Source of the DNA: Phoronis australis
Lineage: Eukaryota > Animalia > Phoronida
Assembly: GCA_002633005.1 (NCBI GenBank)
Contig: NMRA01000520.1
Coordinates: forward strand, 223,111-287,110
Direction of reading: 5' to 3'
Length of the DNA: 64,000 bases
Below the pieces are notes generated by a model. That model was not told the origin of the DNA and did not search any database. It saw only the letters and a program-made list of their open reading frames with translations. Below, piece after piece: positions 52,601 through 62,800 of the stretch. Position numbers and translations under genes: made by a program. Each line of letters begins with the position of its first letter. Position 1 is the first letter of the stretch.

Positions 52601-53505
52601 TTACACCCGTTTGACAAAAAGAAAGGGACTTGTTGCCCAAATTGAATCAACTATTTTTGTGGGCCTTGTACTTTTTGCAAAATACAGGGGAAATTATCTC
52701 ACAGTACATGACACATCCGACACTGACAGTTTTCCTGGTATGACCATGGTATGATTTTGTGTCAATAAAATAAACAAGTACTTTGATAATAGTCAATAGA
52801 TATCACCAATTACACATCATTCGATGCTTAAAAACTTACATTGTACATACCTCTGTTTCCTCTACCCCAGGTCTCTACAATACATCAATTTTCTCTATCC
52901 AACTTCGACATAAATGTTCTGTCTTCGTTCTTATTAATCACCGTTGTGGTATTTATGGGCACTTGTTCTAGCTTAAGAATTTCGACAATAGTTCATGTCT
53001 CCGTTGTGCATGTAAAGTTTCAAAGCTTTTGTTTGTTAAGTGCCATACATTTACATAATTTTCAGCGAAAACATACCATGTGAGGGTTGCTGAAAGTTTC
53101 GAAGAAATTTCTGCTTCATTCTCCACGGCCTTCGAATTCAATACTGACCATGTGGTCGATGGATCCCTTTTACCAGACGACAGTGGAGCGTTGGAGACGA
53201 TAACTCTTAAATTTCACAAACCAGTCAACAATGCCGTCCTGTACTTTGCCGTCGCCACTACGGACTCGCGCGGAAATATGGCAGACGCGTCAAATGTCGT
53301 GTCAGTGGCTATCCGTTACCAGGGCGAAGACGACATCGGTTTGGACGTCGATAAGTGGGCGCCCATAATAGCAGCGTTATGCGGAGTGTTCACTGTGTTA
53401 CTGCTTTTAATGATTGTTGGAATAACATATTACAAACACAAACAGGAATTGAATAAGGTTGCGACCCCTCGTGACATCGATCTAGCTGTTGACACAAGAA
53501 TTTAG
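22485..53505 (+). CDS. CLCA: CLCA-family gene B, complete: signal peptide, HEXXH metalloprotease, Cys-rich, VWA, beta-rich, FN3, TM
   Basis: Fifteen phase-compatible exons: 22485-22649, 25567-25864, 26420-26562, 27882-28025, 30730-30987, 38613-38849, 42861-43056, 43980-44077, 44319-44444, 46266-46370, 47702-47878, 48093-48195, 50318-50479, 51881-52090, 53066-53505 (2862 nt, 953 aa). Motifs IKLVNNGY, RAYFRSVTILIPDTW, VHEFAHLRWGVFDEY, HNAEAPNKHN, LVLDISGSM, MTDG, YPPSRITDL. An acceptor at 22475 implies an upstream non-coding exon. Confidence 0.95.
23261..23714 (+). mobile_element. Foldback MITE copy 1 (CAAGGTACC...GGTACCTTG), 5-bp TSD AGTAC
   Basis: ~200-bp inverted arms built of CACGG-rich subrepeats. 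AGTAC immediately flanks both ends. Confidence 0.9.
25567..25864 (+). CDS. CLCA: CLCA gene B exon 2
   Basis: ASEYLYRAT..RAYF, GDDPYTKQ..CG.PG.YIHLTP. Confidence 0.92.
26420..26562 (+). CDS. CLCA: CLCA gene B exon 3 (HEXXH)
   Basis: GRLLVHEFAHLRWGVFDEY. Confidence 0.92.
27882..28025 (+). CDS. CLCA: CLCA gene B exon 4
   Basis: CEIDKRTSLPTDSCRF...ASVM; ctgcag|GGT start, CAG|gtact end. Confidence 0.85.
29535..29596. repeat. Perfect 31-bp tandem duplication
   Basis: TTGCTTTCATAGCTTAGTCCCCAAGCCTCGG x2. Confidence 0.9.
30730..30987 (+). CDS. CLCA: CLCA gene B exon 5 (start of VWA, MIDAS DxSxS)
   Basis: FC...HNAEAPNKHNKMCSNRGTWDVI...VLVLDISGSM. Confidence 0.92.
31901..31988 (+). repeat. ~90-bp interspersed module with terminal hairpin; inverted copy at 60250-60340
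   Basis: CTGACCAATCAGAAA..CAGCATTCTTGACACAC...AAGCCGCCATTTTACCCGACAA...GGGTAAA matches the reverse complement of 60250-60340. Confidence 0.8.
32139..32380 (+). mobile_element. tRNA-derived SINE (cloverleaf-like head 32140-32216 plus body; 3' boundary uncertain)
   Basis: A-box TAGCTCAGTGG, D-stem GCTC/GAGC, anticodon stem CTAGA/TCTAG with loop CCGGCAA, B-box GGTTCGATTCC, acceptor GTCCTCA/TGGGGAT. Non-canonical C33, extra bases and a T-stem bulge argue against a functional tRNA. Confidence 0.7.
35346..38170. mobile_element. TIR DNA transposon derivative spanning the N-gap
   Basis: ~70-bp imperfect TIRs: CTATT...GCCATT..CATGGACCGT...CTAGCGGGTGTGTGTGGG at 35348-35416 and its reverse complement at 38101-38167. 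Confidence 0.7.
38613..38849 (+). CDS. CLCA: CLCA gene B exon 6 (VWA)
   Basis: VGVVTF...GGSTAIALGIEKAME|gtaag. Confidence 0.9.
39006..41833. mobile_element. hAT-like non-autonomous element (TIR CAGGCTTTCAAG, subterminal TTCCTACTTTT repeats) hosting an Academ-like insertion
   Basis: CAGGCTTTCAAG at 39006 and CTTGAAAGCCTG ending at 41833. CCTACTTTT arrays near both ends. Flanks CAGATG/CGGATG. Confidence 0.65.
39225..41648 (+). mobile_element. Academ-like DNA transposon remnant with long TIRs and a frameshifted XPG/FEN1-like coding relic
   Basis: TIR TTGGAGAGCCAGCAGGAC / GTCCTGCTGACTCTCCAA, with arms matching for >200 bp. The relic at ~39620-40450 reads IRASDTNILVLLLHH..VWMEVG, then in another frame ALLGLHAFTGCDYTCSFVRKGK.RP, then IPPCEAE. 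There is a ~240-bp subterminal duplication at ~40995 and ~41237. Confidence 0.75.
42861..43056 (+). CDS. CLCA: CLCA gene B exon 7 (VWA)
   Basis: LLVMTDG...SGVVIDALGFG..A...ESLATTTG. Confidence 0.9.
43980..44077 (+). CDS. CLCA: CLCA gene B exon 8
   Basis: GGQVFYYSESLQSTALDRAL; phase 1 to 0 fits the neighbouring exons. Confidence 0.82.
44319..44444 (+). CDS. CLCA: CLCA gene B exon 9
   Basis: GIVNIDAFLGKDTKF; ttttag|GTT start, AAC|gtaagt end. Confidence 0.87.
44820..45620 (-). mobile_element. Degenerate LINE ORF2 C-terminal fragment (RTE-X-like)
   Basis: Minus-strand SSEIWGHEDFNALETVHMKFCK and GLSQLWL...WFK...RILDVYRQNWLSRV; many stops and frameshifts. Confidence 0.6.
46266..46370 (+). CDS. 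CLCA: CLCA gene B exon 10
   Basis: VTLTSPSGK...IRITLPHAE|gtatg. Confidence 0.87.
47702..47878 (+). CDS. CLCA: CLCA gene B exon 11
   Basis: VGNWTY...PIEVQAWV...ILYVD|gtgagt. Confidence 0.88.
48093..48195 (+). CDS. CLCA: CLCA gene B exon 12
   Basis: ISQGQAPVINATVKAIVDRP...LKDNG|gtaagt. Confidence 0.88.
50318..50479 (+). CDS. CLCA: CLCA gene B exon 13
   Basis: GADSQEDDGVYSIYFT...NGRYSV. Confidence 0.88.
51881..52090 (+). CDS. CLCA: CLCA gene B exon 14
   Basis: FTRT..AGAF.V...DPYPPSRITDL...FTAPGDDLD. Confidence 0.9.
53066..53505 (+). CDS. CLCA: CLCA gene B last exon (FN3, TM, tail)
   Basis: YFAVATTDSRGN..DASNVVS, TM IIAALCGVFTVLLLLMIVGITYY, stop TAG. Confidence 0.9.
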
Positions 53506-55763
53506 CTCTTTTCCATTAACCAACATTTAGTAGAGCGCGAACAATCAGTAAAATGTGCTTAGTTTTATGTATATGACTTTGAAGTCAATAATAGGTTGCT
53601 ATGGGAGACATTTGTGCCGAATTTTTCAAATTGGGATTCGTTTTTGAAAACCAATCAACTAATGTGAATAATTCATTTGTTTAACTACATTGAGTCCGTT
53701 GCTGCTTTTAATAACAGTCATTGGTTGTGCCAACATGTTTTTTTCTTCCAAACTAAATCGCATATTTGCATCTCACCCTATATCTACCTCCTTGAGCGTC
53801 ACAGAATTTGTCATACAGAAAACTTGTATATGTCTGGCATAAGTAGGACCCCCATTTGATTTGGACAAAGTTCCATGCTACGTTTGTTCTGCAAGACCTG
53901 TAGATGCTCTTTGGTTCACTCGGCCATTCAGAGAAGTGTGATATTCCTTACTGGGGTTAATTCTCTCAGATATGTTTGATCCAATCAATTTGTTCTTTAT
54001 TTGTTTCTAGTAATGAGACGCGTGTACATGTACATGTAGCTGCTTATTTTGGAACTTGTCCGTCTTCTCCTGCGCCCGTGATGGCGTTCCACTATTTTGT
54101 CAGTTTTTGATGCCCGCTTAGAAACCACTCGAACGGTCCATGGAAAATGTGGATAAGCTCCATCCTAGCGGGAAAAGATGGATGACGTCAGAAGGCTGCA
54201 ACCCCTGCAGAATTTCTTAATCACTGAATTTTGACAAAGCCATTTTGATTGTCTTGTGGAGTCATTATTTCATCTTTGCAAACATGTCAGATGTGGCCCG
54301 ATATCAACGATTCCACAACAGGTCTTCGTTTAAGGGCAGGTTTGCCACTCTACATGTTAAACCCGATAAAAGGTCACGCCTAAGAGCCTGCGCGCCAATG
54401 TTCAAATTTTCATAACGCAGTATCATCTTCGTGTTGGTGTCCATTCTTTTTTCTTCAAAACGCAAATACACTGTATGATTTATTAAAATGTTGTCACCTG
54501 CTAGATTTTGGGTGAATCCAACAAATATTGGTTGAATTTAATCCTAGAAATTGGTATTCCTCTTGAGAGCTTCAGGTTTTAAAATTACACCATAAGCAAG
54601 ATAATTTTAGGTCATTGTTCAAGATTATTCAAAACAAGGCATTTTCAAAGTAAAGTTATACACTGAGGCTTTGCTGTTTTAGTTCGATCAGGTGGTCAAT
54701 TTGACACTTTTCGTCGCATCTGCCTTATTTGAATATGATGAGATGTGTTGTTGAAGGTAATTTTGGCGGTGATATTATACGCAAATAACGTTATCTTCTA
54801 CAAAAATGAGGCTGAATATTATTCAGGGAATGATTGAACTACAAATTTCAAGGTGCGCAGCTTTTCTCGTATTCAGTCACGACGCTTTTTCTCAGACAAG
54901 TTGTCGCGACCGCTATTCTCTGTCTGCTGACTCTTCACATGTGTGGTCGATAGCTTCAACAATACAATCACGAGGTGCATCAGGCAGTCTGGAAAATATT
55001 GATCTGCCATTGCTGTTCAGTCATTCATTTTTTTTTTCTTTTTTTCGTTTCAATTATCCCTTGCCCCATCATCAGCAGCCGACTGTTTCGTCTCCTCTCT
55101 CTATAAAGTTAGTAACGTGTACACTGTATGTCCGTGCATTATGGCCGAAGACTGAGACCCTTCAGCAATCAAACGATGTTTACATTCTTGGGCACGAAAA
55201 GAGAAAAGAAAACGAGCGGGAAAAAGAGTCAAAGGGGTGGGAGAAGTTGACACTTGTGTTAGAGACAAAGCTCCAATAATATTCGTCGAAATGATTGGCG
55301 TTGACTAAGAATTAATGTTAAATTCAGAAATTGTGATTCTGAAAGCTTGCCGATGCTAAACCCTTGTATGAGACATTTATATCATTCACATTTTGGTTTA
55401 ACCACTCAAACAGCGAAGAACAAAAAGTGCGTACACTGTACACTGTGCATGTACACTGTATAGAATCACAAGACCAGTACTGAAGGACGATAGCCATTGG
55501 TTACTCTCCATCAAAGGGGAATCGATAATTTCAGTTTGACATGAACACAAGTCAGTGAACCCATGAGTCAAAGAAATTTGAAAACAGTTCAATGCTGTAG
55601 CAATGCTTTATGTTACAAATGTGAAGGTTTTTCCACCATTTCTCAGACAGTTTGGAGTTATGCACCGGATTTAATTTCAAGTTTTCTTCTTATACAGCTG
55701 AAATGTAAAACAAACACGAATAGTTTTCTACATGAACTTCGTGCTGAGTGTCATTATAGTAGT

Positions 55764-57890
55764 ATTTATTTATTTATTATAGTGACTTGTACAATTGAAT
55801 CAAACTGTTTTAGGTATAACATTCGTAAGAAAGATAAGTACCCAGCCCAGTTGGGCTTATTAGTCACTTTAACCACACAACTCAGATGTAGACCTGCCAT
55901 AAATGCGTCGGTTTCTAAGTTCAAAAGCAGACTTGATATATTTGGCAAATTGCCTAGGGAAATACTGAAATAGCAGTCTTAACGTATCTAATCTACTGAA
56001 ATCTACAAAGTTCGGGATTTGAAGAGAAACATTATTAAACAGAATAAACCTCCGTGAGTTATAAAGAGAACAATCAAACACAAAGTGTAGCTCATCCTCC
56101 ACAGAGCCAGAGTCACAACACAAGCAAAGTCTTTCACTTACAGGAGTGTTTACATAACGACCAGTTTCCAAGTGCAATGGGAGATTTCCTGCTCTAAGCT
56201 GAGCCAGAAGAGACCGCTCGGAACGAGATAAATTAATCTTTACATACGGCTCAGTTAAAAACTGTAAAATGTAGGTTCTTAACTTGAGTTTAGTTACAAC
56301 AGATTCAGCCCACGCATGTTTCGCGTATTCAAAAAGTTTGTTTCTGGCATCTATTATGTTACAAGTAGTCAACTTTTGAAAACAGGATTGCATGCCAGTT
56401 ATGTTAAGCAAATTTTTGATTCCGTCTATCCAACCCTTTCTACCAACAGAGTATTCCCATAGAAATGCCTTCTTCAGTAACCTATCACCACCGGTGGTTA
56501 CTAGTTTGTTCCAAAGACACAGCATATTCAATTTAAATCAATTCCCGGTGGAGTTCCCCCCCATATCGCCACTAACAGCACGAGTGGCTTTAAATCGGTT
56601 GACCCCTAAATAAAAACGGATCGCTCTGTTTTGGATATTTCAAAATTTTCGTAACCCAAAACAGATGATCCGTAATCCAAAATTGGTTCCACACACGACA
56701 TAATTAATGTTTAAAATGTTTGGAATCCCAGATTCTTGTTATCACGGAATGTTGAGCATATCTTACCTAACGCTCTACCAAAAGCTTCAGATAACGTATT
56801 CAATTTTTTTTTTTGAAGTCAAGGTGTTGATCAAGAATACAGCCTAAATATTTGTATGAGGATTTATAACTGATGACACTGTTCAAAATAAATTCAAAAT
56901 TGCTTCTAGGCATAGACTTAGCTCGAAAATGGACAACATTAGTTTTTGCCATGTTCACAACCATTCTCCACTTTTTACACCAGTTGTTTAAAACCTTTAA
57001 CATATAGTGTACGTCATTTTCATTCTCAGACAAAAGTGCAATATTGTTGGCATAAAGAAGCACTGAAATAATGTTCGGACCACATTGGACACCTTTACCC
57101 ATTTTTTAATATCCAGAGCTAAGTCATTTATATATAATGCAAAGAGTGTCGGTGATAAAACGTCCCCCAGACGGATACCATTTTCAGGAGTAAACCAACC
57201 ACTATACAGAGTGCCATTTAATCGTATACAGTTCAACGGACATCTGTAAATCATACGAATTGCATCATACATTCTACCATTAATATTATTTTGTACTAAT
57301 TTATAAAACAGAAGTTCATGGTTTGTCCAGTCAAAAGCTTTTTTCATGTCCATAAATGTCACAATTGTGGAATGGTTAGACGACTTTCTTGTTTGAATAA
57401 TTGATGACAGGACATATTAAGTGATCAATACAAGACCGTTGGCTTCGAAAATAATTTTGCTCGTCAACTAAAATGTTGTTCTGTTCACAGAAACCCAAAA
57501 TTCTATTATTCAACACAGCACTGAAGATTTTATAAATATAGGAAAGAAGACTAATCCCACGGTAGTTCAAGGGTAACATAGGGTCGTCTGTAGAATTCTT
57601 AGGTATCGTGATTATAATTGCCTTATACCAGTTTGAAGGCATTAGTCCATGTTTAAAAGATTCATTGAACAATTGGGTTACAAAAACAACAATAGTTTTG
57701 AATTTTAACACCTCATACGGTAAACAGTGTACAGTAATAGCCGATATTAAAGAAGCTCTGAACGCGATAAACAGAGTAAATTGCAATATTGAATGTAGTT
57801 CTCTGACACTGAAGCAGAATTCAACCTGCTCGCGAGGGGTTTTAAGGGTTTGTTCGTAAAAAAATTAATTTATGTTGTTATCAAAGCATT
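55764..57890 (-). mobile_element. 5'-truncated, frameshifted LINE (RTE-X-like) RT with C-terminal CCHC and (AAAT)n tail
   Basis: NYRGISLLS..YKIF, DMKKAFD, GIRLGDVLSPTLF, LLYANNIAL (degenerate YADD), YKYLG, LETGRY...RLC.CC...VEDELHFVFDC. Confidence 0.88.
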
Positions 57891-58052
57891 TTCTTTCAAT
57901 TTCAAATTTCAAAAAGACCAGTCAAGTAATCGCCACTTCGTCAATTTTTCTCTCACAAGACACTTTCTCTTATATGGAAAATGTTACCTTTGACCTCAAG
58001 CGACTTCACGCAACTGACTGCCACGTATGCCTGCATCAATCACAAGTGGAAG

Positions 58053-58511
58053 CAAGGTACCTAAACTACATGTACACGGTTAAAGGACTCATAAACACGG
58101 TCACGGACGCATGAACACGACTCACGTACCTGCAAACACCGTCCACTGACTCACAAATACTGGAACGGACTCACAAAACACGATCCAGAGTACATCCAAA
58201 TACACGGGACACGGACTCGCATTTACGAAGAAACACGGTTAACGGACCACCAAACACGGTTTACGGACAAAATGTAGATGTCAGCTGACCCAGGAAGGCG
58301 GTGAGTTCGTGACCCGTGTTTGGTGGTCCGTTAACCGCGTTTCCTCGTGAATATGAGTCCGTGTCCCGTGTATTTGGGTGAATGGATCGTGTTTTGTGAG
58401 TCCGTTCCAGTCTTTGTGAGTCAGTGGACGGTGTTTGCAGGTACGTGAGTCGTGTTCATGCGTGCATGACCGAGCTTATGAGTCCGTTAACCGTGTAGTT
58501 TACGTACCTTG
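58053..58511 (-). mobile_element. Foldback MITE copy 2 (opposite orientation), 5-bp TSD GGAAG
   Basis: Same termini and arms as 23261-23714 with the central spacer reverse-complemented. GGAAG flanks both ends. Confidence 0.9.
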
Positions 58512-60413
58512 GGAAGGGAGAATCTCAAGGGTAACGAAAGAATTTTTCCTTCGCGCGTATTTCAGAAATCCTGATTTTTGCAATTTTTTCTAGAAAGTTC
58601 TCACAAGGGAAAGTGAATTGCTCTGTACTAGGCGCTGCAGGGTGGTACTTTGGTCAGGAATTGTTTAAAAGATACATGTATATATGGTCATGAATAATTT
58701 TTTCGTCGGATTTGCAACTATTCGCCAATGATATACAGTTGTGTATTACGGTATGCATTTGGGCCGCTCATGAATGGTACTTTAGAACAATACGAGTTTC
58801 GTCGCATGGGAGAACATGTATTTAGAAGTGTTGTTCCAGGCTCTCAGTCAAAGGGTCTGAATCTCTAAAACATCAAGAACTGAGAATTAGCATTGAATTT
58901 CCAAATACATTCAATTTTTAAAACTGATTCTTGCACTTTTCAGTGTCCATAAACACACGCACAAGTTTATGTTTACATGAGAATCAAGAACACTGTTAAC
59001 ATTTGCAGATTCTTTTCTGCATCATTCCGATTAAGAAAGACAGTTCACAATGCGTCACGACCCACCATAAGGGTGATAAATTATCATTACAACCTCCCGG
59101 TGCCGTCACAATGGTCCGTCATGGAGTGACGGGGATATGCACGTTGTCCTAACTGACCTATCCCTTCCTTCGAAAAGTCACGTGACACCCGACAAACAAG
59201 ATTCAAAGGCAAATATACTGACGCTGAACGACGTTCCAGCTGGAATCGATGAGTGTTTTTTATATAATCGCTTTTAGCTGAGAATCGTACGTTCATGAGG
59301 TTAGAATTTGTAAAGGCCATTTTGAAAAATAAGTGTTCGTGGAAAAGTATTTCGGAGCCAGAGAAAATCCGAAGAACCCAAACGGTTCACCTACAGCTGA
59401 CAAATGACAAGGTCACTGATGCGATATGTTTATGTCATGCTATGTACCTTAAAGTCGTAATTATATGTACGATGTCATAGATTTCAGGATATTTTGAACA
59501 AAATCAGTGAAGATTCACCGGTACTTTCATTCTGCCCTCTGCTTAATTCCGCCAAATTAAAATTAGGTCACAAGATGGGATTCCCCGAGTAAAGTAGGTC
59601 GAGTCAACGGCACTGTTAATGCTTTTCTAATCTTCAAACAAAATAGTTTGATCAAAAATCTCAGGTTCATAGTTCAGGTACACACTCATTGTATCCTCTA
59701 GGAAAGCAGTTAGCACCGGTTGGTCTAGGGCTGTGTCTAAGTCAAATAAATACATGGACTTGGCAGTAATAGTGGTGCCACTAGAAAAATTTGTTGCATC
59801 TTGTTCCCAGGCTGAGCTCAGTGTAAGAAGTCTTCCCAGCAAAACTTGAAAATGGTCTCACAAAAACTGTAAAAACTACGAGCTTGCTTCATCAATCCAA
59901 AATCGAGAATGTTGTGTGGATATTGCCTACCTTATGCCTCCCTGTGATATTCAGTAAATGCTGACCGTAATGCCCAATGGTGATGATTTTCAATATTTGA
60001 AAATATTTAGTCAGTACCTTGGAACAAATTTATTTGTGTTTAGCCTTCAAGTAATCAAGTAGCATTGCCAAAAGCAGTTGTTCCTGTGGTCGTCCACACA
60101 GTACATGTATTATAGATCGTTTACACCGAAAAGTGACAGGATATTCTTCTTGGGTTGCATAACGACTGTCAGAATTACACACACCATAGCAATTATACCG
60201 CTTCATCATTTTTATCGCACAATTTCTTGAGCTATAGACTAAAATAAGCTTTACCCGACAAAGTGTTGTTTGTCGGGTAAAATGGCGGCTTGGAAACGCA
60301 GACGAATGTGTGTCAAGAATGCTGATTTCTGATTGGTCAGGTAAACTAACACAGACAACTATTATTAAAATCTCTTGGTCTGTTTACACCGACTTCTTGT
60401 CTATTAACATTGT

Positions 60414-60455
60414 CACGACGTTTTGGTCGGTTTATTCTCCGGCCATCATCAGGTG
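60414..60455 (-). ncRNA. Degenerate minimal hammerhead ribozyme (SINE left arm)
   Basis: Minus strand CAC-CTGATGA-T-GGCCGG(AGAATAAA)CCGACC-AAAAC-GTC-GTG. Confidence 0.6.
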
Positions 60456-60740
60456 TTCCTGCGTTCTTAGAAGAGCGAGCACGGATAATGTGGTACACTC
60501 ATCATGGTGTGATTTTTGATTATATATTGTCCGAGAAGGAATTTGAACCCACGACTTTTGAAACCACAGATTTATTTAAGTCCGACTCCATGGTGTAATG
60601 GTTAAAGGTGCTGGACTCAAATATACCTGTAGTTTGAGAAGTCGTGGGTTCAAATCCTTCCTTAGACAATACATAATCAAAAAATCACACCATGATGAGT
60701 GTACCATATATCCGTGCTCGTTCTTCTAAGAACGCAAGAA

Positions 60741-60782
60741 CACCTGACGATGGCCGGAGCATAGCCCGACCGAAACATCATG
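60741..60782 (+). ncRNA. Degenerate minimal hammerhead ribozyme (SINE right arm)
   Basis: CAC-CTGACGA-T-GGCCGG(AGCATAGC)CCGACC-GAAAC-ATC-ATG. Confidence 0.65.
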
Positions 60783-62559
60783 ACAATGTAAATAGACAAG
60801 TGGTCGGTGTAAATAGATCAAGAGATTTTAATAAAAGTTGTAAGACGCCACCACCTCAGAGCGTAATTAACACCGAATAATAACAAAGCAACCGGACTAA
60901 GCGTACATTGTACGGCAAGGAATTCCCATGAAGCTTTTAATAGCATTCGTGGTAAAACTTCGACATCTTCTGTTGGAAATGATAAATAGCACAAATATGT
61001 ATAAATTGCTCAATCTCGCCACAGGTTCATGTAAAATTGAGGCCTGAAACTGACGAAGTTGGAAAGTAAAAATTGTTAATCGCACTTTTCGTGGCAACTT
61101 GTAACATCAAAGTGTAGGCCTAGGTCGAAATGGTGGAGTTGGGAACACTGGAAGAGGCATCAGAATTAAAAAAATTGAACAGATGTCTTGTATACTGTAT
61201 CTACTTGTACATGCAGTATTAGGTTTTATCTGATGCGATTCTGACGTGTTGTAGAGTGGCAACAGCATTACCTAATTACAGTATACAGCATCGCCAGTGT
61301 GCTTTTGCCGTGCTATGCATCCTATACCACGAGGGTTCTTTACGACTATGGGAATAATGCATGGGTGCACCAGGGGGGGGGGTGGGGGACTCGAACTAGC
61401 CCCCCAATTTGGCGAATTGGGCAAAAAGGTCCGCCTCAGTGAAACAAAAAGTTCGAATAAACGAGACAATAGTTTCGAAGTACTCACATGGTGGGTTGTT
61501 TATTACGATTTTAGCTTAATGTAATGAGTCACCCAGTCGAATTAATTATCGACTTTTTCTTTTAGCGAACCTTTCTTAATTCAATTTGACAGCTCGTCAC
61601 CTTTGATACACCGCAGCGTTCCTTTAAATAATTAAGGGGTTAAAATGATGAACCCTAACTCTAATCAATTATAGTCTTTTGAAATTTTTGGCGAGAGAAG
61701 AGACATTGTATTCATGAGTATGCGATTCATTCATCATACAGAACATTGACACCAAAACAAATTTTTATTGACAAGTCACTTAGCAACAATATTGAAAGTT
61801 CAGCCGAGCACAGGGGGGGTAATGTTTTCCAGCATATTTGTGAGGGGTGAAGATCTTTTTGTCCGCGTACAGATTTGCAATTGTTGTTTCAGTTTTAGTA
61901 ATTAATTGTGAAGTTCTGTTGACGCAGTGGTCTCGTGGGGCTTGGTTTTTTCTTTTTTTTTCCACATTTCCTCTGCGAGGTGCACTTCCTGTGTTCTGCG
62001 TCGTCACACCCTGGATAAAGAATACGATTTGGACTCACCCTGTAACTGGATTTAAATGAGGTATAAGTATTTCCAATGACTGAGCTGCATGGTCTTTTAT
62101 TTCGAAAGAGATGGCTAAATCATTGCGTGTTGCATTGGGCGCCTGTCTCTTCTTTGCTTGGCGCATAGTGGAGAGTGGTGAGTATCCTGTTTTCAAGAAC
62201 ACAAATGGAGCTTGGAACACATTGGCTGCCTTTAATTGAAGTCGGCGCTACCGCTGGGTCAGCCAGCTAAGACATCCAACAATTTTTTAAAGGAGATACA
62301 TATGTCAAATTTCATGTAGCTCAAAAAATTAAGTTTTTATTGTTATTGAAGGTTTTCTTGATTGGGCTTGTCTTCTAAAAAGGCTCGCGATATCTCATCA
62401 TATTACGTACAGAGATTACATGTTTATCGATAGTATTGCGTCACAATAATGAGCTCGGTGGTACATGTATACCTGAAATAATGTTTGGAAACGATCTCGT
62501 CAAATTTTTCAAACTACCGAGGACACAGTCATCATGATGGATTTCATGATTCTGTGATA

Positions 62560-62800
62560 GAAATGTTTAGTCTCCTGGACCACTTCTGTTTAAGTTTCCT
62601 AGTTTAATATCCAATATGGAAAACGAGGTAGATAGGGGCCACGAAACATGAATATGAAACCCTAGTCAAAGGAGTTCCAGAAGGTCTCATTTTTGTGGTG
62701 CCAAAGATATTTACCTCCAATTGATAAAATAACAGTAATCCAGTCAATTATTTTCTCTGAGTTCGTTCACCTGTTTGTTGCGTTAACCGTCCCACCGCGT
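62560..62800 (+). mobile_element. Short Tx1/L1-like ORF2 relic
   Basis: W..RYL.PIDKITVIQSIIFS.FVHLF.AL..P resembles the L1/Tx1 post-RT motif W..R.LT..GKITVIKSL..S. Confidence 0.45.

Larger units (their letters stand above)
60355..60841. mobile_element. Inverted dimer of a tRNA(Leu-like)-headed SINE carrying a minimal hammerhead motif
   Basis: Left arm 60355-60583 is the reverse complement of 60613-60841. The tRNA-like head at 60584-60668 has A-box TGGTGTAATGG and B-box GGTTCAAATCC. Hammerhead motifs at 60741-60782 (+) and 60414-60455 (-). Confidence 0.8.

Noticed and set aside
60584-60668. Functional tRNA-Leu gene
   Set aside because: Acceptor and anticodon stems do not pair; it is the head of the repeated SINE unit.
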